Of a stretch of 64,000 nt of DNA, positions 55,717 to 64,000 are shown piece by piece. Every line of letters starts with the position of its first letter. The stretch's first letter is position 1. Under the pieces are notes generated by a model. The model was not told the DNA's origin and did not search any database. It saw only the letters and a list, made by a program, of their open reading frames with translations. The stretch comes from Ignavibacteriales bacterium (GTDB lineage: Bacteria; Bacteroidota; Ignavibacteria; UBA10030; UBA6906), in assembly GCA_037441705.1 (NCBI GenBank), contig JBBIRR010000001.1, forward strand, positions 192,001-256,000, read 5' to 3'. The position numbers were made by a program, and so were the translations under genes.

Positions 55717-56877
55717 TCAGTACCCCTTCCCAATTTTCTTCCGCCATCGAGGGTAACGTTCGAGGACCTCTTGCGGCGCGTAGGTGTACCAGGCGTAGCC
55801 CGTGCGTCGCTCGCGCTCAACGTCGGCAAGAGAGTACACCGGTTTGCCATTGCGGTTGGAGAAGAGCGGCTTGTGCGTTTGCAACTCCGAAAAGCGCGGC
55901 CAAATCGGTGGGGCGGTCGAGTCCACGACGATCACCCGGTCGTCCCGCGATGTATGATGCGGATATTGTGTCGGCGCGGCTTCTACCGATTCGACGCGGA
56001 TGCCGCGAAGCGCCGATCGCTCGAACCAACGCACGGCACTTTCCACGGAATGGATGATGCGCTCATCCGGCTTCTTGAGCGACATCAGAAAGAGAACAAT
56101 CTCCGCGCTTTCTTGATTGCCGAGAGATGCCAGCTCGAATGTGCGAGCCGGTCGGGGCGTGAAGTCCCGATGATCGTGCTGCTGACCCCACACGAGCTTC
56201 GCGCCATCCTCCTCGACCTGGCACTTCAGAATGCAGTCAATCCCCTTCTCGAAAGCCACGCGGACCTTTTCGCGCAAAGCATCATCCACAAAGGCATACT
56301 GCGGCTCGTTCTCGACGATTCGGTGCAGCACCTTCATCACTCCAATCATCGCTCCGTCATTGAACGTGATGTATTTCCGGTAGCCTCCCGTATCGGGGTA
56401 GTACTGAGGCCATCCCCCGTTGTCATACTGCGCGGAGAGGATAAACCTCAAGCCGCGCAAGCACGCCTCGCGGTAGCGTTCCAGGCGTGTCAGCGCATAC
56501 GCACGAGCAAGGAATTCCACCTGCGTGTACGTGGCCCCGTTGTCGAAGGTGGTATTTGTAGCATTCTTCGCAGCGAGAACCGCAGCCTTCTGTTCCTCGG
56601 TCAGGACTGCCCGCATGTCGTAGTTCTTCGGCCATCCTCCGTTAGATTTTTGAAAGAGAAGGATGTTCTCGGCAATCTCTCTCACATCGGAGGGCTGGTA
56701 GCGCGGCTGATCCGGCAGAGGCTCGACAATCCTGTCGTCGTCTCTGATGAAGTACCAATGGCGCGCGCTGTCCTCGAAACCGCTCACGTCAATCGTCTCA
56801 TGCTGCAACCGAGCAGCACATGCGTGCATCAACGCCAGGACAAGCACACCGGCCGCAATCCGAGAACCGAACTCCAT
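55717..56877 (-). CDS. pelA: Pectate lyase, polysaccharide lyase family 10
   Basis: QKSNGGWPKN, TTFDNGAT, QYDNGGWPQ, ITFNDGAM, WGQQHD...P..AR.FE, ERRTGYAWY. Confidence 0.92.
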   Translation of the reverse strand: MEFGSRIAAGVLVLALMHACAARLQHETIDVSGFEDSARHWYFIRDDDRIVEPLPDQPRYQPSDVREIAENILLFQKSNGGWPKNYDMRAVLTEEQKAAVLAAKNATNTTFDNGATYTQVEFLARAYALTRLERYREACLRGLRFILSAQYDNGGWPQYYPDTGGYRKYITFNDGAMIGVMKVLHRIVENEPQYAFVDDALREKVRVAFEKGIDCILKCQVEEDGAKLVWGQQHDHRDFTPRPARTFELASLGNQESAEIVLFLMSLKKPDERIIHSVESAVRWFERSALRGIRVESVEAAPTQYPHHTSRDDRVIVVDSTAPPIWPRFSELQTHKPLFSNRNGKPVYSLADVERERRTGYAWYTYAPQEVLERYPRWRKKIGKGY

Positions 56878-56884
56878 CGCCTTG

Positions 56885-57319
56885 CTATTTCCGCTCGTAT
56901 TTTTTGATGACAAGATACTTTAGCTCTGTCTCGCCTATATTGCGAATGCCGTGCTGGCTATTCGGCGGGCAGTAGAAACTTGTGTACGGGCCGGCGGTTC
57001 GTGTCTTTCCGTCGAGATAAAACTCTGCCGTCCCCTCCAACACAAAGAACACCTCATCTTCCGGATGCCGATGAGGCGGATGCGTTGCCTTCCGCGGGGC
57101 AACCACGCTCAGCTTGAGAGTTCTTCCATCGAGAAAATCCTTCCCGACGAACCAATACTGATAGCCCACCTTTGTGGACTCGGCCTTTGCCGGATCGAAT
57201 GCGTTCACGCAATCGTCAATCGTAAGGGACGTATGCTCCGACGACTGCGCGAAGCCTTCACGGAACCCGCCGACAAGCAGCAGGAAAACGATCAGCATAT
57301 TCATCGCATAAACTCTCAT
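56885..57319 (-). CDS. Exported cupin domain protein
   Basis: Signal peptide, HPPHRHPEDEVFFVLEG, PPNSQHGIRN. Confidence 0.88.
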   Translation of the reverse strand: MRVYAMNMLIVFLLLVGGFREGFAQSSEHTSLTIDDCVNAFDPAKAESTKVGYQYWFVGKDFLDGRTLKLSVVAPRKATHPPHRHPEDEVFFVLEGTAEFYLDGKTRTAGPYTSFYCPPNSQHGIRNIGETELKYLVIKKYERK

Positions 57320-57544
57320 TGTGGTGCACTCAAATTACGCAAGAGACGCGTGGGAGACAAGGTTGCGTTTGCCGCAGATCCAACACGACACCGGGAGTTA
57401 AGTAACCGGGGATTGACACGAAAGGAATGAAAGTCACACGCCTGTAGTGAACTTTCCGCAGGCGCAACTTTCTCGTTTGCGCCCGTATCAACTTCTGGAA
57501 CGTTGCGCGGCTATTCATTTTTACACAACGAAAGGGACAAGACA

Positions 57545-58090
57545 ATGAAACTACTCGCTATACCATTTACTCTGCTGATTTGTTCAGCATTTCTCTGGTC
57601 CTCCTGCCGCACGGAGAGGGCATTGTGGATTGACGTGAGAGAAAGCGGAGGACGTACAACCATTGCCGTGACGGAAGGAATTGCCCGACGGCTTCTTGAT
57701 GCCTCGGAGGGCAAGCTCAGTTTCACAAAGAAGAAGAACGAACTCCTGACGCGACAAATGCTGCGCGACGTATTGGATGGACGTGAGCGCGCCGTCACCG
57801 CGCGGGACGAACGAGGCACAGAAATAACCGTCTCAACGAAGCCGTTGAGCATCCCCGGACAGGACCGCGGGAAGAACCGACTCGTCCTCGATATTTACAA
57901 ATCCGGTGAACAGACATTCCATCTAACGCTTCCCGATCTGGCTATCGAACTCGGCGACGAAGAAAAGAAGATTTCCCTTCACGCAGATGTAGATTGGAAG
58001 TCCTGGCTGCCCTTCCTCGCCAAAGCCGGCGGCGCCGTGTACATCAAGAACTACGACGAGGATGCGGAGTTATGGGTGTATGTGGAGTGA
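57545..58090 (+). CDS. Hypothetical lipoprotein
   Basis: MKLLAIPFTLLICSAFLWSSC lipobox-like N-terminus, AAAGGGA RBS. Confidence 0.7.
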   Translation: MKLLAIPFTLLICSAFLWSSCRTERALWIDVRESGGRTTIAVTEGIARRLLDASEGKLSFTKKKNELLTRQMLRDVLDGRERAVTARDERGTEITVSTKPLSIPGQDRGKNRLVLDIYKSGEQTFHLTLPDLAIELGDEEKKISLHADVDWKSWLPFLAKAGGAVYIKNYDEDAELWVYVE

Positions 58091-58156
58091 GGGCCGGAGA
58101 GCGGAGCACAGCCTCCCATCTTCGACAAATCGTCTTTACGAGACAAATCCCTGTGG

Positions 58157-59377
58157 CTATCCTATAAGCGTCCCAACAGGCACGGCCCATAATCTCTTGC
58201 CCAGTTGTGCCGTCTGTGTACCGTTATAGGCGAGGATGGCAGCGCGACACGAGGGGGTGATTGCAAGAAACGCCTTCAACGGCGCGAGATCGCTTTCTGA
58301 CCATCGGGTGCCAGCTTTCACTTCGACGGCGATGCAATGTTTCTTGTACTCGATAACGAAATCCACCTCATGCCTTCCCTGAATGTGCCAGTATGCAATT
58401 CGTGCATCCGTGACGTGTGCCTCGAGTATAGCAGCCATGTTTTGCAACACATATGTCTCGAACAGAACGCCTGCCATCGGTTCGTCGGCATCGAGGCGTT
58501 CAACGCCTGCAAGGTGGCATGCCAATCCTGAATCCGTCATGTAGAGCTTCGGCGACTTGATGAGCCGGCTGCTGCGGTTGCGAAGGAAGGGTGGAAGCCG
58601 TCGAAACAGGAACGATGTTTCGGCAAGCTGCATATAACGGTTGGCCGTCACCTGGGATAAGCGGGCATCGCGGGCAAGCTGGCTGATGTTGAGGATCTGT
58701 CCCGTGCGCAGCGCGGCAAGTTTGATAATGTTGCGAAAGCTGATGGTATCGTCAACGCGCGCAATTTCGCGAATATCCCTCTCGACGTATGTTTGCTCGA
58801 ATCCGCGGAACCATACTGCTGCGGCATCCGCCGAAAGGTCTCGCACGGCGGGCATGCCGCCTCGAAGAATCTCTTCTCCGCTGATTGGCTTCGCTGTATT
58901 ACTTGAAGGATCACTATGGCCCGCCAACAACCGTACAAGAAACGGCTCCTTGCTCAACGCCAGGTGCATTTCACGGCGCGAGAAGGGGTGCATTGCAAAG
59001 TAGATTGCCCGTCCAGCCAGACTCTCCGAGATACCCTTGAGCAGCGCGAAGTTTGCCGAGCCGGAGAGAACAAATCTGCCCGGCGTACGGTCACGGTCCA
59101 CCGCACGCTTGATCGCAATCAACAAATCCGGCGCTTTCTGCGCCTCATCAATGCACAGGTGCCCGCCAGAAGAAAGAAGCGATTCCGGTTCCGACAGCGC
59201 GGCCTGCAAGCTTGCAAAGTCATCGAGACTGACGTACCGATAGTTCTTCAACAACGGGTCGTTCTGCAGGAAAGTCGTCTTACCGGTTTGCCTCATGCCC
59301 GTGATAACGACAACAGGCATCGTCTTGAGGGCCGGCGCTACGGCTGCACGTATTTCGCGGGAAATATAGGGTGTCAT
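58157..59377 (-). CDS. AAA_14 ATPase with DUF4143 / C-terminal nuclease-like domain
   Basis: GMRQTGKTT, IDEAQK, LSGSA, ESLAGR, KSPKLY..DSGL, EVDFVIE...AVEVK. Confidence 0.92.
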   Translation of the reverse strand: MTPYISREIRAAVAPALKTMPVVVITGMRQTGKTTFLQNDPLLKNYRYVSLDDFASLQAALSEPESLLSSGGHLCIDEAQKAPDLLIAIKRAVDRDRTPGRFVLSGSANFALLKGISESLAGRAIYFAMHPFSRREMHLALSKEPFLVRLLAGHSDPSSNTAKPISGEEILRGGMPAVRDLSADAAAVWFRGFEQTYVERDIREIARVDDTISFRNIIKLAALRTGQILNISQLARDARLSQVTANRYMQLAETSFLFRRLPPFLRNRSSRLIKSPKLYMTDSGLACHLAGVERLDADEPMAGVLFETYVLQNMAAILEAHVTDARIAYWHIQGRHEVDFVIEYKKHCIAVEVKAGTRWSESDLAPLKAFLAITPSCRAAILAYNGTQTAQLGKRLWAVPVGTLIG

Positions 59378-59437
59378 AATTCTATAGGGTGCTATGGCAA
59401 AATGCCACGTTAATATAGTGAATTATGACACGGCGAA

Positions 59438-60649
<1,212 letters not shown>

Positions 60650-60664
60650 GAGACGTCATTGACC

Positions 60665-60699
60665 AAAAGAAGAAGGGGCAAAACAGATTCGCCCCTTCT
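60665..60699 (-). terminator. Rho-independent terminator after the acyl-CoA dehydrogenase
   Basis: Minus strand AGAAGGGGC...GCCCCTTCT followed by TCTTTT. Confidence 0.78.
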
Positions 60700-60732
60700 G
60701 AGAATACGCAATGTGTGTCACATTTCCTGGGC

Positions 60733-62517
60733 CTACAGTCTGTATCCCCCCATCTCCACCACGTTGTCCGAAATCGAACGGCGAAGGACAAACGTGTTGG
60801 TCGGCGTGTGTTTGGTGAGACGCCGGAGCGCGGCCAGCTGTGTACGCAGGGCGTCGCCTTCAGCGATGGCAGCGAGGACATTCGTCGCGTGATTTGCAAC
60901 CCGACCGATTGCGTCGTTCACAAACACCTTCACGAGGTCAAGATAAGTTTGACTCGCAGCCTCACCATGTTTCTCAACTCGTTTCAGCACGCGCAACATG
61001 ACGCTTTCCATCGCGTAGGTCTCCATCATCATGTCGGTGATGGCCGCAAGCACCTCCTGCTCATCCTGAATGGCCATCATATATTTCTGCGCAGCGGCAC
61101 CCAGCATGAGCACCGTGATTTTCTTGGCATTGGTAACAAGCTTCTTCTCGTCGGCCAGCAGTCCGCCTTCGCCGTTGGCATCGAACGACGGGGTCATGAG
61201 TTCATCGAAGAGTTGTTTTGCATACCCGAAGAGATTCAACTCGCCCTTCGTCGCTCGCTTCAGCACCATGCCGGAAGCAAGCAGACGGTTGATTTCGTTC
61301 GTCCCCTCAAAAATCCTGTTGATGCGGGCGTCGCGATAGGCCCTCGCCATCGGGTACTCTTCGCTGTAGCCGTAGCCGCCGAGAATCTGCACGCCCTCAT
61401 CCACAACGTAGTCGAGAATCTCGCTGCAATACACCTTCAGCATACCGCATTCGGCAGCATACTCCTCGATGCTCTTGAGGATCATCTTCGATGCATCGGG
61501 AGCCGACGTGTCAACACTGCCGACCAGCGCATCGATCATACCCGCTGTTCGATACACCATGCTCTCGCCCACGAATGTGCGGATGGCCATCTCGGCAATC
61601 TTGTGTTTAATGAGAGGAAACTCGTGCAGCTTCTTGCCGAATTGCTTTCGCTGATCGGCATACTTCACCGCTTCGGTGATCACATGCTTCGACGCGCCGA
61701 CAGCGAACGCACCTAACTTGAAGCGACCGATGTTGAGAATGTTGAATGCCACGAGATGCCCCTTCCCGATTTCACCGACAACATTCTCGACGGGTATTCG
61801 AGCATTATCTAACAGCAGTTGCCGCGTGGACGAGCCTTTGATGCCCATCTTTTTTTCTTCAGCGGCAGTCGACACTCCGGGATACCCTTTTTCGATGATG
61901 AAGGCGGTGAACTTATCACCATCCACCTGAGCAAAGGTGATGTACACATCCGCAAAGCCGGCGTTGCTCAACCACATCTTTGTGCCGTTCAGAATGTAGT
62001 ATTTGCCGTCCTCCGTCAGCCGCGCGGTGGTTTTGGCGGAGAGGGCGTCGGACCCTGAGCCGGGTTCGGAGAGAGAGTAAGAGGAGATCAGCTCCGCGGT
62101 AGCAAACTTCGGCAGGTACTTCGCTTTCTGCTCGGGCGTGCCGAAGTAGACAATCGGCAGCGTGCCGATACCGGCGTGCGCGCCGTGGCTCACGGCCCAC
62201 GCACCCGTGGGGCCGATCTTTTCGGCGACGATCATCGAGCTGGTTTTATCCAGACCGAGACCGCCGTACTCTTCCGGGATGTCAATGGCGTTCAGTCCCA
62301 GCTCGCCCGCTTTACGCAAGAGCGCAACATTCAGCTCGTGCTTCATTTCATCGATCTCATGCACGTACGGCATCACTTCGCCGTTGACGAAGTCTTCCGT
62401 CGTCTTCGCAATCATCTGATGCGTCTCGGTGAAATCTTCCGGTGTGAAGATTTCGTGCGGCGTGAACTCGCGGAGAAGAAACTCGCCGCCTTTGGTGTAG
62501 GTCGTTTCTGTTACCAT
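60733..62517 (-). CDS. Acyl-CoA dehydrogenase (long FadE-type)
   Basis: KGGEFL, LSEPGSGSDA, NGTKMW, EKKMGIKGSST, LNIGR, RDARINRIFEGTNEINR. AAAGGAG RBS. Confidence 0.94.
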   Translation of the reverse strand: MVTETTYTKGGEFLLREFTPHEIFTPEDFTETHQMIAKTTEDFVNGEVMPYVHEIDEMKHELNVALLRKAGELGLNAIDIPEEYGGLGLDKTSSMIVAEKIGPTGAWAVSHGAHAGIGTLPIVYFGTPEQKAKYLPKFATAELISSYSLSEPGSGSDALSAKTTARLTEDGKYYILNGTKMWLSNAGFADVYITFAQVDGDKFTAFIIEKGYPGVSTAAEEKKMGIKGSSTRQLLLDNARIPVENVVGEIGKGHLVAFNILNIGRFKLGAFAVGASKHVITEAVKYADQRKQFGKKLHEFPLIKHKIAEMAIRTFVGESMVYRTAGMIDALVGSVDTSAPDASKMILKSIEEYAAECGMLKVYCSEILDYVVDEGVQILGGYGYSEEYPMARAYRDARINRIFEGTNEINRLLASGMVLKRATKGELNLFGYAKQLFDELMTPSFDANGEGGLLADEKKLVTNAKKITVLMLGAAAQKYMMAIQDEQEVLAAITDMMMETYAMESVMLRVLKRVEKHGEAASQTYLDLVKVFVNDAIGRVANHATNVLAAIAEGDALRTQLAALRRLTKHTPTNTFVLRRSISDNVVEMGGYRL

Positions 62518-62539
62518 AGGGTGACTCCTTTTCGTTTCG

Positions 62540-63001
62540 TCAATCTGAATGGATGTCCTCCACTGAGGAGTGAGCGCTCTGATGTTCAAATGCCAGAATC
62601 TTCTTTCGCAGCGTCTCGGGAACGGGAATCGCCATCTTCTTCTCGTAGTCGTATGTGACCTGCACCGTCGAGCCTTCGGCAACCAGCTGCCCCGTTCCTG
62701 CATTTTCGATTCGATATTCCATGCGAAAACTCCGTGTGCCGAACTCCGATACCCGCACGAACACTTTCAGTTCCTCAGCGGCATGCACGGGCGCCTTGAA
62801 CGTGACGGTTGCCTGGGCAAGAATGAACGGAAGCTGACGCGCAGCCTCCGTCATGTCAATCTTGAAGAGGTTGAGGTAGTACATCATCCTTGCCTCTTCG
62901 AAGTACGTGAGGTACGTTGCGTTGTTCACATGCCCCATCGCATCCATGTCCGCAAAGCGAACGGGGATGGTGACGGAGAATTTGAAGTCGGAGTTGCGCA
63001 A
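62540..63001 (-). CDS. Acyl-CoA thioesterase (4HBT/YbgC hot-dog fold)
   Basis: VRFADMDAMGHVNNATYLTYFEEAR. Confidence 0.92.
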   Translation of the reverse strand: MRNSDFKFSVTIPVRFADMDAMGHVNNATYLTYFEEARMMYYLNLFKIDMTEAARQLPFILAQATVTFKAPVHAAEELKVFVRVSEFGTRSFRMEYRIENAGTGQLVAEGSTVQVTYDYEKKMAIPVPETLRKKILAFEHQSAHSSVEDIHSD

Positions 63002-63002
63002 A

Positions 63003-63065
63003 GGGATTTGAGATTTTGGATTTGGGATTTTGGATTTTGGATTCTGGATTATGGATGTTGGATTC
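63003..63065 (+). repeat. Solo 7-nt tandem-repeat arm, (TGGATTT)x9
   Basis: gggattt gagattt tggattt gggattt tggattt tggattc tggatta tggatgt tggattc. Fills the thiolase-thioesterase gap. Confidence 0.92.
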
Positions 63066-63077
63066 TTGGCCTTGGGT

Positions 63078-64000
63078 TCAGTTGATGAATTCGAAAATCC
63101 CTGCGGCGCCCATGCCGCCGCCTACACACATGGTTACCATGCCGTACTTTGCTTTACGGCGGCGCGCTTCGTTGAGAATCTGGACGGTCAACTTCGCGCC
63201 GGTGCACCCGAGAGGATGACCAAGCGCAATGGCGCCGCCGTTGACGTTGACCCGTTCTTCATCCATCTCCATATGTTTGATGACGTAATACGCTTGCGAT
63301 GCAAATGCTTCGTTCAACTCGATCAGATCAATCCGGTCGAGCGTAAGTCCGGCATTCTTCAACGCCTTCGGGATTGCTTTCACGGGGCCGATGCCCATCT
63401 CGTCGGGATGCACGCCGCCGAGGGCAAAGGTCACAAACCGCGCCAGAGGCTTGAGGCCGAGCATTTCCATCTTCCGCTTTGACATGACGATGACAGCCGC
63501 TGCGCCGTCGCTGGTTTGCGAGGAGTTTCCCGCCGTAACCGTGGCCGTCGGTTCCACGGAAAAGACCGGTTTGAGTGCGGCGAGTTTCTCCATGGTCGTA
63601 TCGGGACGAGGGCCTTCGTCTGTATCAAAGATGATTTCTTTCGTCCGCTTCTTGCCGTTCTCGTCAATTGTCTTCTCAACGACTTTCAGGGGAACGATTT
63701 CCTCCTTGAATTTTCCGGCGTTGATTGCGGCCACAGCCCGTTGATGACTGCGCAGCGACCATCGATCCTGCATCTCTCTCGTGATGTTGTAGCGCTTCGC
63801 CACGTTCTCGGCAGTCAGTCCCATGCTGAGATAGATATCCGGGAGGTGATCAACCATGTAGGGGTTTGCGGCGACTTTATTGCCTCCCATCGGCACCATG
63901 CTCATGCTCTCGGCGCCCCCGGCAATAATAACATCCGCGTTGCCGCACATGATGCGCTCGCTGGCAAATGCAATGGACTGTAATCCCGACGAGCAGAAGC
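63078..64000 (-). CDS. fadA: Acetyl-CoA C-acyltransferase (thiolase), 5' end outside the window
   Basis: AGGAESMS, TAGNSSQTSDGAA, ELNEAFA, NGGAIALGHPLG.TGA, MCVGGGMG. Confidence 0.93.
   Translation of the reverse strand, partial: FCSSGLQSIAFASERIMCGNADVIIAGGAESMSMVPMGGNKVAANPYMVDHLPDIYLSMGLTAENVAKRYNITREMQDRWSLRSHQRAVAAINAGKFKEEIVPLKVVEKTIDENGKKRTKEIIFDTDEGPRPDTTMEKLAALKPVFSVEPTATVTAGNSSQTSDGAAAVIVMSKRKMEMLGLKPLARFVTFALGGVHPDEMGIGPVKAIPKALKNAGLTLDRIDLIELNEAFASQAYYVIKHMEMDEERVNVNGGAIALGHPLGCTGAKLTVQILNEARRRKAKYGMVTMCVGGGMGAAGIFEFIN

Overview
A moderately high-GC bacterial chromosomal window, most consistent with an Ignavibacteria/Bacteroidota (FCB group) organism: four proteins end in a 'QNYPNP(F/L)N...' type IX secretion C-terminal domain, and many signal peptides cleave before Gln. 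It carries a complete extended reductive pyrimidine degradation cluster (6.5-19.4 kb). Nearly every junction of that cluster is colonised by small inserts: four-helix-bundle genes bracketed by inverted 7/8-nt tandem-repeat arms, empty or solo arms, a toxin-antitoxin-like pair with a duplicated preT 3' end, and gene stubs. At 24.4-33.7 kb is a six-gene putative trans-envelope electron conduit: multiheme cytochromes with 20, 34 and 16 CxxCH motifs, an outer-membrane barrel, a His-containing membrane protein and a membrane-anchored ferredoxin fused to a circularly permuted FAD/NAD(P)H reductase. At 36.8-44.1 kb is an uncharacterised operon of two outer-membrane barrels, an HzsA-like diheme lipoprotein, DUF4266, DUF3570 and a T9SS cargo protein. 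The rest is housekeeping or ordinary accessory genes (msrA, ppk1, gltA, crcB, PL10 pectate lyase, TonB-dependent receptor with GDSL lipoprotein, beta-oxidation genes). No rRNA, tRNA, CRISPR array, transposase or integrase was recognised. All family calls come from motif recognition by eye, not from database searches.
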